From Alphaproteobacteria bacterium (GTDB taxonomy: Bacteria > Pseudomonadota > Alphaproteobacteria > SHVZ01), in assembly GCA_016869375.1 (NCBI GenBank), contig VGEH01000004.1:1247-65246 (forward strand): a stretch of DNA of 64,000 nucleotides. The letters are read 5' to 3'. Positions 37,297 to 47,245 of this stretch are shown here, in pieces. Position 1 is the stretch's first letter; each line of letters opens with the position of its first letter. Made by a program: the position numbers and the translations under genes. The notes under the pieces were generated by a model. The model searched no databases. It saw only the letters and a program-made list of their open reading frames with translations, and had not been told where the DNA came from.

Positions 37297-38280
37297 TCAC
37301 GCCCCGAGGTTCTGCAACCTCTTTATCCTATCCTCCAGCGCCGGATGCGTCGCGAACAAAGCCCAGGTCTTGCTCGTGAACTGCCGCACCGGGTTGACGA
37401 TGAACAGGTGCTGGGTCGCGCCGCTGGCGCCCGGAAAGGGTTTTGCAGCTTCGGTCAGCTTTCGTAGCGCGCCGATCAATCCTTCGGGATTGCGGGTGAA
37501 CTGCACCGAAGTCGCGTCCGCCAGGTACTCGCGCTGGCGAGAGACGGCGAACTGAACGAGCTTGGCGGCGATCGGCGCCAGGATCGCGAAGACGATCAGG
37601 AACACGATCAGGATGGCCGCGAGGCCGCCGCCTTTCTTGTCATTATTGGAGCTGCGGCCGAAGCTCAATCCGCGCAACGCAAGCTCGCTCACCAGGGCAA
37701 TCAGGCCGACGGTGACGCCGACGATCGTCATGTAGCGCGTATCGAGATTGGCGATATGCCCCATCTCGTGGCCGATCACGCCTTGAAGCTCCGAGCGTGT
37801 CAGCGAGTTGAGCAGCCCGCGGGTGACGCCGATCGCCGACCGGCTGGTACGCAACCCGGTGGCGAAAGCGTTGGGTATCTCGGTCTCGATCACCAGGACG
37901 CGCGGCTTCGGCAGCCCGGCGGCGATCGCCATCTCCTCGACGATATTGTGGAGCTGCGGTTCCTCTTCGCGGGTGGCCTCCTTGGCTCCGGCGATACCCG
38001 CAAGCATGCGGTCGCCGAAGGCGAGCGAGATGCCGGTCCAGATCAGGCTGAACAGCCCGAAGAGAAGCGCGAAGAAGATCGCCACCGGCACCATGTATTC
38101 ATGCAACTCGGCCTCGGTCGAGGCGGTCTGTGCCACGAGCACGGCGCCGATGAGGGCGCCGAGCCCCATGGCGATCGAGGTCAGGATGTAGAGCAGCCAG
38201 CGCGTCAGGCGCCGGTTGCGGCGCTGTGCCGCAATGAAGTCGGTGCCGGCCAGCCCCTGTGCCGTGGACGGCACGCTCAT
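37297..38280 (-). CDS. M48 family (HtpX-like) membrane zinc metalloprotease
   Basis: HEMGH zinc motif and TM helices. Downstream of LemA with a 9-nt gap. Confidence 0.85.
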   Translation of the reverse strand: MSVPSTAQGLAGTDFIAAQRRNRRLTRWLLYILTSIAMGLGALIGAVLVAQTASTEAELHEYMVPVAIFFALLFGLFSLIWTGISLAFGDRMLAGIAGAKEATREEEPQLHNIVEEMAIAAGLPKPRVLVIETEIPNAFATGLRTSRSAIGVTRGLLNSLTRSELQGVIGHEMGHIANLDTRYMTIVGVTVGLIALVSELALRGLSFGRSSNNDKKGGGLAAILIVFLIVFAILAPIAAKLVQFAVSRQREYLADATSVQFTRNPEGLIGALRKLTEAAKPFPGASGATQHLFIVNPVRQFTSKTWALFATHPALEDRIKRLQNLGA

Positions 38281-38289
38281 CGGCAGAGC

Positions 38290-38844
38290 CTAGCGCAGAT
38301 TGACCTTCGGCACCGCGCGCTCGCTCTCGGGGATGTCGAGATGCGGCATGGTGGTGAAGCCGAACATGCCGGCGATCATGTTGGCCGGGAAGGATTGCAC
38401 CATGTTGTTCAGGCCCATGATGCTGTCGTTGTAGAACTGGCGCGAGAAGGAGATCTTATTCTCGGTCGTGGTCAGCTCTTCCTGCAACTGCATGACGTTG
38501 TCGTTGGCCCTGAGCTGCGGGTAGTTTTCCATCAACGCGAAGAGCTTCGTCGTCGCCGCCGTCAGCGCGGCCTCGGCCGCGCCGACCTCGGCGGGACCTG
38601 TCGCCTTGACCGCGCTGTTGCGCGCCTCGACGACCTGCTTGAGCGTCTCCTGCTCGTAGCCCATCGCGTCCTTCACGACCTCGACCAGGTTCGGGATCAG
38701 GTCGTGGCGGCGCTTGAGCTGCACGTCGATCTGGCTCCAGGCATTGCTTGCCTGGTTCCGGAGCGAGACCAGCCGGTTGTAGGTCACAATCAGCCAGAGG
38801 CCGATCACCACGACGCCACCGATGACGATCCAGGTCGTATCCAT
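38290..38844 (-). CDS. LemA family protein
   Basis: 184 aa with an N-terminal TM helix and the YNRLVSLRNQASNAWSQIDVQLKRRHDLIPNLV block. Confidence 0.85.
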   Translation of the reverse strand: MDTTWIVIGGVVVIGLWLIVTYNRLVSLRNQASNAWSQIDVQLKRRHDLIPNLVEVVKDAMGYEQETLKQVVEARNSAVKATGPAEVGAAEAALTAATTKLFALMENYPQLRANDNVMQLQEELTTTENKISFSRQFYNDSIMGLNNMVQSFPANMIAGMFGFTTMPHLDIPESERAVPKVNLR

Positions 38845-38972
38845 CCAAATGCCCCCAGGCTACGGTCGCCGCCCTCGCAGCATGCCATAGCTTGAACGGT
38901 CGTTCATCGGCTGCAAGGGTGCAAGTGAACGTGGCGGCGGCTCGGACCTATGGGCCTCGGTGGCGCTTCGAA

Positions 38973-39743
38973 TCAGATCTTCACGCTCATGCCGCCGTCG
39001 ACGATCAACGTCGTGCCGGTGACATAGGCCGAGGCGTTGCCGGCGAGGTAGACGACGGCGCCGTCGAGCTCGTCGGCCTGGCCCCAGCGCTTGAGCGCGG
39101 TGCGCTGTGCGAACCACTCGCGCTTCTCGAGATCGGCGCGGAGGGGCGTGTCCATATTGTCAGGCGTCATCATGTAGCCGGGGGCGATCGCATTCACGGT
39201 GATGCCCTTGGCGCCCCATTCCACCGCCATCGCGCGCGTCATGCCTTCGAGGCCGGCCTTGGCGGCGCAGTAGTTCGCATTGGCCTCGCGCGCGATATGC
39301 GCATTGATCGAGGAGATGTTGATGATGCGCCCCCAGCCACGCCGGATCATGCCGACCGAGGCGCGCTTGGCAAGACGGAAGCAGGCATTGAGGTCGACAT
39401 TGATGATCTCGTCCCACTCGGCATTGGTCGCCTCGGTCGCGGTCTTGGCGTTCCCGTAGCCGGCGTTGTTGACCAGGATGTCGAGGTGGCCCTGCTCCTT
39501 CTCGATGCGGTCGATCGCCGCATCGGCCTTGGCGATGTCGGTAGTGTCGAAGGCCGAGCCGCTCGCCTTGCCGCCGGCGGCCCGGATCGCCTCCAGCGTC
39601 TTCTCGATGCCGGCCTCGTTGCGGCCGTTGACGACGACATGCGCGCCGGCGGCGGCAATCGCGAGCGCCATGGCGCGGCCAAGGCCGCGGGAGGCGCCGG
39701 TGACCAGCGCCACCTTGCCGTCGAGGGAGAAGATCTTGGTCAT
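38973..39743 (-). CDS. SDR family oxidoreductase (gluconate 5-dehydrogenase-like)
   Basis: TGASRGLG cofactor motif and the YCAAK catalytic motif. Confidence 0.85.
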   Translation of the reverse strand: MTKIFSLDGKVALVTGASRGLGRAMALAIAAAGAHVVVNGRNEAGIEKTLEAIRAAGGKASGSAFDTTDIAKADAAIDRIEKEQGHLDILVNNAGYGNAKTATEATNAEWDEIINVDLNACFRLAKRASVGMIRRGWGRIINISSINAHIAREANANYCAAKAGLEGMTRAMAVEWGAKGITVNAIAPGYMMTPDNMDTPLRADLEKREWFAQRTALKRWGQADELDGAVVYLAGNASAYVTGTTLIVDGGMSVKI

Positions 39744-39765
39744 TGGGAGCTCCGGGAGATGGGGG

Positions 39766-40710
39766 TTAGCGGCCGGCGAGCAGCGACTTCGCCAGCATGG
39801 CGTGGATGCCTTTGTTGCCGTCGACGAGCTGGGTCACGCGCAGATCGACCTGGAGGCTGCACAGCATGTAGGCCTCCTCGCGCGAGACATTGAGCTTTTC
39901 GCAGATCATCGTGATCATCTCGCGCAGCGCCTGCTTTGCCGCCTCGTCGAGGTCGACGTTCAGGCCCATCGAGATGAAATGCGTCGGTGTCTCGGCGCGC
40001 GGAAACCTGAGCTTCAGGTCCTTGCGCACGATCAGCTCGAAGGTGCCGGAGACCGCGGTCTCAAGCGCAGTGATCGAAACCTCTCCGTCGCCCTGCACGG
40101 CGTGGCCGTCGCCAGTCGAGAACAGCGCGCCCTTGTTGAAGACCGGGAGGTAGAGCGTCGAGCCTGTGCCGAGCTCCTTGTTGTCGAGGTTGCCGCCATA
40201 TTCGCGCGGCTCGATGGTGGAGAGGCGCCCATAGACGGCAGGCGGCGCCACACCCATCACGCCGCAGAAGGGCTTCAGCGGCACCTTCATGCCCCAGGGC
40301 ATCTCGGCCGTCATCGCCTTGCGGTTGATCGGCAGGTGCCAGATGCGGCGGACCGGGAAATCCTCGGGCAGGGTGCCCTTCAGCGGCGCGATCACGGTCC
40401 AGCCCCAGTCCTGGCGCAGCGCGACGTCCTTGATCCGCACCTCGAGCGTGTCGCCGGGCTCGGCGCCCTCGACATGGATCGGGCCTGTCAGGATGTGGCC
40501 CCCCGGCCCCATCTTCACCTGGTCGAGGATCTGCGGATGCTCCGGAAGGATCTCGAAAGGCGGCCCGGGCAGCGTTTCCTTGGCGCCGGAGACGCAGTGG
40601 ACGGTGACCGTGTCGCCGGAAGCGATCTTCAGGACCGGGGGCAGGTCGGCGGCGAAGACGCCCCAATGGCAGGTGGCTGGTGAGGCGGGGAGGTCGTGAT
40701 GGCGGGCCAT
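39766..40710 (-). CDS. Acetamidase/formamidase family protein
   Basis: 314 aa from ATG 40710. FmdA/AmdA-like sequence (ATCHWGVF..., GNLDNKELGTGSTLYLPV, GDGHAVQGDGEV). Confidence 0.75.
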   Translation of the reverse strand: MARHHDLPASPATCHWGVFAADLPPVLKIASGDTVTVHCVSGAKETLPGPPFEILPEHPQILDQVKMGPGGHILTGPIHVEGAEPGDTLEVRIKDVALRQDWGWTVIAPLKGTLPEDFPVRRIWHLPINRKAMTAEMPWGMKVPLKPFCGVMGVAPPAVYGRLSTIEPREYGGNLDNKELGTGSTLYLPVFNKGALFSTGDGHAVQGDGEVSITALETAVSGTFELIVRKDLKLRFPRAETPTHFISMGLNVDLDEAAKQALREMITMICEKLNVSREEAYMLCSLQVDLRVTQLVDGNKGIHAMLAKSLLAGR

Positions 40711-40831
40711 GGGGACTCTCGAAACCGAAGCGGGGGCGGGATCATAGACGATCGGAAAGGCCGACGCCCCTTGACCATTGCGAGGCTTCGTTCCAAGCAT
40801 CGGTGAACAGAACTGGAGACCTTAAGCGAAC

Positions 40832-41512
40832 GTGGGCTCAGCCGAAACCCCGCCTTCAGCGCCGAGCTTTGTCGTCGCCGACGATCACCCGATGGTTCGC
40901 GACGCGCTTGGCACCGCGCTGCGCCAGAGCTTCCCCGGAGCCCGCATCGCCACGGCCGGATCGATGACGGAGACGCTGGCGCTGCTCGAGCGCGAGGCGG
41001 AGATCGATGCGCTGCTGCTTGACCTCGATATGCCTGGCATGGACGGCCTGACCGGCGTCGCTACCGTCCGGGCCACATATCCTTCCGTCCCGGTTGTCAT
41101 CGTCTCGGCGGCCCGGGACGCGGGCGTGATGCGCCGTGCCATGGATCTCGGTGCGTCGGCCTTCATCCCGAAATCGGCCTCGCTCGACTCGATCGCTCGT
41201 GTGGTCAAGGCGGTGCTCGACGGCGAGGTGCTGATGCCGCCCGAAGCGGAGGCGGCGGAGAGCGACGAGGAGGCGATCGACTTCGCGCGCCGCGCCGCGC
41301 AGCTGACGCCGCAGCAATGGCGCGTGCTGGCGCTGATGGCGCAGGGTCGCCTCAACAAGCAGATCGCCTATGAACTCTCGGTCGGCGAGCCGACCGTCAA
41401 GGCGCATGTGACGACGATCTTGAGGAAGCTCGGCGTGCGCTCACGCACCCAGGCGGTGATCCTGGCGCGGCACCTGGCGCTCGAACCGCCGAAGGAACCG
41501 GTCAAGCCCTGA
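40832..41512 (+). CDS. LuxR/NarL-family response regulator (CrbR-like)
   Basis: Receiver domain (VVADDHPMVRD, LLLDLDMPGMDG) plus LuxR HTH (LTPQQWRVLALMAQGRLNKQIAYELSVGEPTVKAHV). GTG start. Confidence 0.85.
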   Translation: MGSAETPPSAPSFVVADDHPMVRDALGTALRQSFPGARIATAGSMTETLALLEREAEIDALLLDLDMPGMDGLTGVATVRATYPSVPVVIVSAARDAGVMRRAMDLGASAFIPKSASLDSIARVVKAVLDGEVLMPPEAEAAESDEEAIDFARRAAQLTPQQWRVLALMAQGRLNKQIAYELSVGEPTVKAHVTTILRKLGVRSRTQAVILARHLALEPPKEPVKP

Positions 41513-44500
41513 GGGCGACGGGCTGGCTTCGGCCGCGGCCGCGGAGAAGCGCGCGCAACGCCGCTGGTTTCACCGGCTTGTGCAGGAGATCCACCCGCTG
41601 GCCGCGGGCGCGACGGCGAAGCGAGGGATCGCGATCAGCGGTGATCAGCGCGGCGGCGATCTCGGCGCCCCATTCCTGCCGCAGACGCTCGATCACGGCG
41701 AGGCCGTCCGGTCCCGATCCGAGATGGTAGTCGACCACCAGGAGGTCCGGTGCTCGGCCTTCCTCGGCAAGCGAGGCGAGGGCCGAATCCAGGCCAGGCG
41801 AGGCGATGATTCGACAGCCCCAGCCGCCGAGCAGCGTCGCCATCGCGTCGCGGACCTGCGCTTCATCGTCGATGCAGAGGACGAAGGCGCCGGTATCGAG
41901 GCCGGTCATCGGCGCCATGGCGGGCTGGGCGGCTGGAACGACGGCGGCGGTAGCAGCGAGCGGGACGGTCACGGAGAAGACGGAGCCGCGACCGGGTACT
42001 GAGCGCAGCGAGACTGGATGGCCCAGCATGCGTGCGATGCGCTCGACGATCGCGAGCCCGAGGCCGAGCCCGCGCCCCTCGCCGCGGTCGACGGCGGCCG
42101 GATGCAGGCGCACGAACTCCTGGAAGACAAGGTCGCGCTTGTCCTCGGGGATGCCGGGGCCGTTGTCCCAGACCTCGAAGCGGAGCGCCTTGCCGGCGCG
42201 GCGGCAGCCAAGGACGACGCGAGGCGTCCGGTTCTCACTGCCGCCATAGCGGAGCGCGTTGGAGACAAAGTTCTGGAGGATGCGCCGCAGCAGCGCCGGA
42301 TCGGTTGCGATCGAGGCCGAGCAGGGCAGCACCGTGAGCCGCGCGCCGCTCTTCGACGCGAAAGGTGCGAAAGCCGCGGCCAGAGAGTCAAGCAGCGGCT
42401 GGATGGCGAAGGAGCGGCGCTCCGGCTTGAGCGCGCCGGCGTCGAGCTTCGAAATGTCGAGAAGCGCGTCGAGCAGGGACTCGACCGCGCCCAGGCCCTG
42501 GTCGATCTTGGTGACGAGGTCGTTGCCGGGCTGTCGGTCGGCGAGCGCCGCGGTGAACAGTCGCGCGGCATGCAGCGGCTGCAACAGGTCGTGGCTCGCC
42601 GCGGCGATGAACCGGGTCTTGCCGAGATTGGCGGCCTCGGCCTCGGCGCGGCTTCGTTCGAGCTCGAAGGTGCGCTCGGCGACACGAAGCTCGAGCGTCT
42701 CCTTCGACTGGCGCAGCACCGCCTCGGCGGCACGCGCTTGGGTCACGTCCTGGTAGAGAAGGAAGAAGCCGGCAACGGCGCCGGAGGCATCGAAATGCGG
42801 GATGTAGGTTCCCTGGGCCACCTCGATATTGGCATCGTTGGTCGGGAACTCGATCTCGAAGGTCTGGTGCTCGCCGCTGAGCACGCCGTCGATATGCGGC
42901 TTCAGCCGGTGATAGCGCTCCTCGCCGATGACCTCGACGATGGTGCGGCCTTCGGCTTCCTCGGGCGTCAGGTTGAGCGCCGCCTGGTACTGGCGGTTGG
43001 TGAAGCGGTAGCGTTCGTCGCGGTCGATATAGGCGATCAGCACGGGTACGTTGTCGGTGTAGACGCGGATACGCCGCTCGCTGTCGCGCAGCGCTTCTGC
43101 CGCACGCACGCGTGCGGTGACATCGTGACAGGTGGCGACGAAGCCGCCGCCCGGCATCGGGTCGAGCCGGATTTCGATGACGCTCGCATTAGGCCCGCGG
43201 CGTTCCAGCACCTGCGAGGTTTCGGGACGCTTTAGAACCTCCGCCAGCGCGCCGGCATCCGCCCCGACAGTCACCGCATCCGGATCGAGCCCGAGCAGCG
43301 CGGGGAAGCGCTCGTTCCAGATCTCGAGCCGGCTTTCGCGATCGAAGGCGGCGATGCCGAGGCCGGCATGGTCGAGCGCGTTCCTCAGGATCTCCGAGCT
43401 GTAGCGGATGGCCTCGGAGGCCTCGTCTAGCATTGCGCGCGCGGCGCGCGGCGAGATCAGCCGGCGGCGCTCGACCGCGGCCATGATCACGCGGGCCGAC
43501 GCGGCGCCGATGGTGCCGGAGAGTAGGCGTTCGGCGAGCGCGAGTGCCGCCGGCAGCGTGAGTCCTCGGTCGGCGAAGGCGCGTTCGGCGCGCTCGGCGC
43601 CGAGGAAGCGTGCAACGAGGTCGCGCAGCTCCCCGATACGCGAGGCGGCATCGCCGGCAAGCGTCCGCTGCGGTGCTTCGGCGCCGAGGACGAAGGCGTC
43701 CGCCTGCTCTTGGTCGCGGCGGCGCGGCGCCACGAGCAGCGAGCCGACGATCAGGAGAAGCGTGTTGGCGGTGATGCCGACCAGGAATCCCTGGCCGATC
43801 GGATCGAGCGCCGCTAAGGGCTCGGGCAGGAACGGCGCCAGCGGCGTCGCCAGCGGCTTGCCGCGCGCCTGCTGCAGCGAGGGGATCAGGAGCCCGTAGA
43901 GCCAGACGGCGAAGCCGCCGGCGAGGCCGGCGACGACGCCGAAACGGTTGGCGCGCCGCCAGTAGAGGCCGAGGATTAGGCCCGGCATGAAGTTGGCAAC
44001 GGCGCAGAATGAGATCATGCCGATCGAGGCGAGCGGAAGGTATCCGGCGATAGTCTTGTGATAGGCGTAGCCGGCGAGCACAATCACCAGCACCGCGGCA
44101 CGGCGGACAAGCAGCACGAGCGGACCGAGATCGCCTTGCGCCGCGGCGCGCCGGCGCAGCAGCAGCGGCATCACCAGCTCGTTGCCGATCATGCCGGAGA
44201 GCGCCATGCAGGCGACGATGACCATCGAGGTCGCGGCGGAAAGGCCGCCGATGAAGACCAGCAGCGACAGCCAGGCCTCGTCGTTGGAAAGCGGCAGCGA
44301 GAGGACATACAGGTCGGGATTGGCGACGCGCGGCAGCAGGAGAAGGCCGCCGGCCGCGATCGGCACGACGAACAGGTTGATCAGCACGAGGTAGGCCGGG
44401 AAGAGCCAGCGCGCGGTCTTGAGGCTGCCCGGGTGGTCGTGCTCGACTACCGCGACATGGAACTGCCGCGGCAGGCAGAGGAAGGCCGCGGCAGCGAGCA

Positions 44501-45257
44501 GCGTGGTGGTGACCCAGGCGAGGCTGGAGGCACTGCCTTCGAGGCGCGTTTCGACCTCGGGCGCCGCGGCGACGCGGGCCATCAGGTCTGACGGGCCGTC
44601 GAACAGGCCGAAGATGACGAACGGACCGACGGCAAGCAGCGCCACCAGCTTGACCACCGACTCGAAGGCGATCGCCAGCATCATGCCGCGATGCTGCTCC
44701 GCTGCCTGCACATGGCGGACGCCAAACAGGATGGTGAAGATCGCCATCAGCGCGGCGACGATGAAGGAGGTATCGGCGATCGGCGCCGGCAGCATGCTGA
44801 CGCCTGAGTGACCCGGGCCGGCGATGGCGATGAAGCTCGACGACACCGCTTGCAGCTGGAGCGCGATATAGGGGAGCGCGCCGACCGAGGCGATCAGCGT
44901 CGCACTGACCGCGACCGCGCGGCTCTTGCCGTAGCGCGAGCCTAAGAAATCGGCGATCGAGGTGACGTTGTGGCGCTTGGCGATGGTGATGATCTTGCGC
45001 AGCATCGGATAGCCGGCGAGCACCACGATCAACGGGCCGACATAGATCAGGATGAAGTCCGGCCCCGAGGTCGCGGCACGGCCGACCGCGCCGTAGAAGG
45101 TCCAGGAAGTGCAGTAGATGGCGAGCGAGAGCCCGTAGACGATCGGCCCCAGCCGGCTCGACGACCAGGCACGCGCGTGGCGGTCGCCGACATAGGCGAC
45201 AGCGAACAGAAGGCCGAGATAGGCCAGGGACAGGCTGAGGACGACGGTTTCCTGCAC
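41502..45257 (-). CDS. Hybrid sensor histidine kinase with an N-terminal sodium:solute symporter (SSS) domain (CrbS-like)
   Basis: About 13 TM SSS-like helices, PAS regions, H-box AAASHDLLQPL, DNGPGIP and GRGLGLGLAIV boxes, and a C-terminal receiver (LLVVDYHL). Start chosen at GTG 45257 (GGGGAGGG lies 10 nt upstream). ATG 45299, 45311 and 45371 are alternatives. Confidence 0.85.
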   Translation of the reverse strand: MQETVVLSLSLAYLGLLFAVAYVGDRHARAWSSSRLGPIVYGLSLAIYCTSWTFYGAVGRAATSGPDFILIYVGPLIVVLAGYPMLRKIITIAKRHNVTSIADFLGSRYGKSRAVAVSATLIASVGALPYIALQLQAVSSSFIAIAGPGHSGVSMLPAPIADTSFIVAALMAIFTILFGVRHVQAAEQHRGMMLAIAFESVVKLVALLAVGPFVIFGLFDGPSDLMARVAAAPEVETRLEGSASSLAWVTTTLLAAAAFLCLPRQFHVAVVEHDHPGSLKTARWLFPAYLVLINLFVVPIAAGGLLLLPRVANPDLYVLSLPLSNDEAWLSLLVFIGGLSAATSMVIVACMALSGMIGNELVMPLLLRRRAAAQGDLGPLVLLVRRAAVLVIVLAGYAYHKTIAGYLPLASIGMISFCAVANFMPGLILGLYWRRANRFGVVAGLAGGFAVWLYGLLIPSLQQARGKPLATPLAPFLPEPLAALDPIGQGFLVGITANTLLLIVGSLLVAPRRRDQEQADAFVLGAEAPQRTLAGDAASRIGELRDLVARFLGAERAERAFADRGLTLPAALALAERLLSGTIGAASARVIMAAVERRRLISPRAARAMLDEASEAIRYSSEILRNALDHAGLGIAAFDRESRLEIWNERFPALLGLDPDAVTVGADAGALAEVLKRPETSQVLERRGPNASVIEIRLDPMPGGGFVATCHDVTARVRAAEALRDSERRIRVYTDNVPVLIAYIDRDERYRFTNRQYQAALNLTPEEAEGRTIVEVIGEERYHRLKPHIDGVLSGEHQTFEIEFPTNDANIEVAQGTYIPHFDASGAVAGFFLLYQDVTQARAAEAVLRQSKETLELRVAERTFELERSRAEAEAANLGKTRFIAAASHDLLQPLHAARLFTAALADRQPGNDLVTKIDQGLGAVESLLDALLDISKLDAGALKPERRSFAIQPLLDSLAAAFAPFASKSGARLTVLPCSASIATDPALLRRILQNFVSNALRYGGSENRTPRVVLGCRRAGKALRFEVWDNGPGIPEDKRDLVFQEFVRLHPAAVDRGEGRGLGLGLAIVERIARMLGHPVSLRSVPGRGSVFSVTVPLAATAAVVPAAQPAMAPMTGLDTGAFVLCIDDEAQVRDAMATLLGGWGCRIIASPGLDSALASLAEEGRAPDLLVVDYHLGSGPDGLAVIERLRQEWGAEIAAALITADRDPSLRRRARGQRVDLLHKPVKPAALRALLRGRGRSQPVALRA

Positions 45258-45369
45258 CTGAGGCGAGCCCTCCCCCGGCAGCCTGTGCTTCTGCGCCATT
45301 AAGCCCCGCATGCGCACCCCTGTCCACGCTCGTGGCCCGCCGTTATGGTGGATGGATGAGGATTTGCGC

Positions 45370-46995
45370 ATGAAGGACGCGACTTCGAGGTCGAGCCTCG
45401 GCAGCTTCGACTATGTGATCGTCGGCGCCGGCTCGGCCGGCTGCGTGCTCGCCAACCGGCTCTCGGCCGATCCGGAGGTTTCCGTCGCCCTGCTGGAGGC
45501 GGGTGGACAGGACCGCTACCTCTGGATCCATGTGCCGGTCGGCTATCTCTACACGCAGAACAATCCCGAGACCGACTGGTGCCTGAAGACCGAGGCTGAG
45601 CCGGGCCTGAACGGCCGCGCGCTCAACTATCCGCGCGGTCGCGTTCTGGGCGGCTGCTCGGCGATCAACGGCATGATCTACATGCGCGGCCAAGCGCGCG
45701 ACTACGACCAGTGGCGCCAGCTCGGCAATGTCGGCTGGGGCTGGGACGACGTGCTGCCTCTCTTCAAGCGATCGCAGCGCCAGATGCGCGGCGCTGACGA
45801 TCATCACGGCGCCGACGGCGAATGGATCGTCGACGAGATGCGGCTTTCCTGGGAGATCCTCGATGCCTTCCGTGACGCGGCGGCCGAAGTGGGAATCCCG
45901 AAGATCACCGATTTCAACCGTGGCGACAACGAAGGCTGCGGCTACTTCCAGGTCAACCAGCGCCGTGGCGTACGCCTGAGCACCGCCCAGGCCTTCCTCA
46001 AGCCGGTGCGCCGCCGCGCCAATCTCAAAGTCTTCACTCATGCAGAGGCCGAGGGCCTCCTGCTCGATAATAGGCGCGCCGCCGGTGTCGCGTTGCGTCA
46101 CCGCGGCATTCCGATGCGGATCGAAGCCAAGGGCGAGGTGATTCTGTCTGCCGGTGCGATCGGCTCGCCGCAGCTCCTCCAGGTCTCCGGAATCGGGCCG
46201 GGCGCTCTGCTTGCCGAGCACGGCATCGCCGTCGCGCACGATGCGCCCGGCGTCGGCGAGAATTTGCAGGACCACCTGCAGCTCAGGCTCGCCTTCAAGG
46301 TCAGCAACACCAAGACGCTGAACGAGCGAGCCGGAAGCCTTCTCGGCCGCATCGGCATGGCCTTCGAATACGCGCTGTTCCGCCGCGGCCCGCTGACCAT
46401 GGCGCCGAGCCAGCTCGGCGGCTTCGCCAAGAGCGATCCGGCGCTCGAAACCGCGAACCTCGAATACCACGTGCAGCCGCTGAGCCTGGACCGCTTCGGC
46501 GAGCCGCTGCACCCGTTCCCTGCCTTCACCGCCTCCGTCTGTAATCTGCGGCCGGAGAGCCGAGGCCATGTCCGCATTCGCGATGCCGATGCGCGGACGC
46601 CACCGGCGATCCGCCCCAACTATCTTTCGACGGAGACCGACCGGCGCGTCGCGGTCGATGCGATCCGGCTCACGCGGCGGATCGCCAAGGCCAAGCCGCT
46701 CGCGCCTTTTTCGCCCGAGGAGTTCAAGCCGGGGCCGGCACTCCAGTCGGATGTCGAGCTTGCAAGGGCCGCCGGCGACATCGGCACGACGATCTTCCAT
46801 CCGGTCGGCACCTGCCGGATGGGGAGCGATCCTGCTTCCGTCGTCGATGACCGCCTCCGGCTTCGCGGCATCGGCGGGCTTCGCGTCGTCGATGCCTCGG
46901 TGATGCCGACGATCACTTCCGGGAACACCAATGCGCCCACGATGATGATCGCGGAGAAGGCCGCCGACATGATCCGCGCCGATCGCAGAGCGTGA
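45370..46995 (+). CDS. GMC family FAD-dependent oxidoreductase (choline dehydrogenase-like)
   Basis: FDYVIVGAGSAGCVLANRLS FAD motif and the C-terminal GMC signature HPVGTCRMG. ATG 45370. Confidence 0.85.
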   Translation: MKDATSRSSLGSFDYVIVGAGSAGCVLANRLSADPEVSVALLEAGGQDRYLWIHVPVGYLYTQNNPETDWCLKTEAEPGLNGRALNYPRGRVLGGCSAINGMIYMRGQARDYDQWRQLGNVGWGWDDVLPLFKRSQRQMRGADDHHGADGEWIVDEMRLSWEILDAFRDAAAEVGIPKITDFNRGDNEGCGYFQVNQRRGVRLSTAQAFLKPVRRRANLKVFTHAEAEGLLLDNRRAAGVALRHRGIPMRIEAKGEVILSAGAIGSPQLLQVSGIGPGALLAEHGIAVAHDAPGVGENLQDHLQLRLAFKVSNTKTLNERAGSLLGRIGMAFEYALFRRGPLTMAPSQLGGFAKSDPALETANLEYHVQPLSLDRFGEPLHPFPAFTASVCNLRPESRGHVRIRDADARTPPAIRPNYLSTETDRRVAVDAIRLTRRIAKAKPLAPFSPEEFKPGPALQSDVELARAAGDIGTTIFHPVGTCRMGSDPASVVDDRLRLRGIGGLRVVDASVMPTITSGNTNAPTMMIAEKAADMIRADRRA

Positions 46996-47052
46996 GTCCC
47001 GCGACCTTCTGACGCCTGTCGCGCTCGCGATCTCCCTGTTACCTATCCACCG

Positions 47053-47166
47053 TTATTGGGGAGTAGCCGCCCGTCCTAGCGGGGTTCGCGTCAACAGACT
47101 TGGCTTCGGCCATGGCGCGATCGGCATCCGGTCTTCGGACCGCTGCATGGCGAGACCTTTGGCATC
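47053..47166 (+). promoter_or_regulatory. yybP-ykoY (Mn2+) riboswitch
   Basis: The conserved cores TTGGGGAGTAGCC, GCGTCAACAGAC and GGCGAGACCTTTGGC occur in the correct order and spacing in the 5' leader of a UPF0016 transporter gene. A further hairpin (GGATCGG...CCGATCC, about 47187-47231) could be the expression platform. Confidence 0.75.
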
Positions 47167-47245
47167 GGCGCCTCGACTCAACGCATGGGATCGGGCGGGC
47201 GTCGTGCCATTGGTTCGCCTCGTCCGATCCCAGGACTTTGCTTCG

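Noticed and set aside
43189-45327. 712-aa ORF on the same strand as the sensor kinase but in another frame
   Set aside because: It is extremely Arg/Pro/Ala-rich (RRRPRRR runs). The kinase frame encodes coherent SSS-type TM helices across the same DNA.
46996-47052. Short inverted repeat CGCGAC...GTCGCG after the GMC oxidoreductase gene as a terminator
   Set aside because: The stem is only 6 bp with a 12-nt loop and no T-tract, which is too weak to call.
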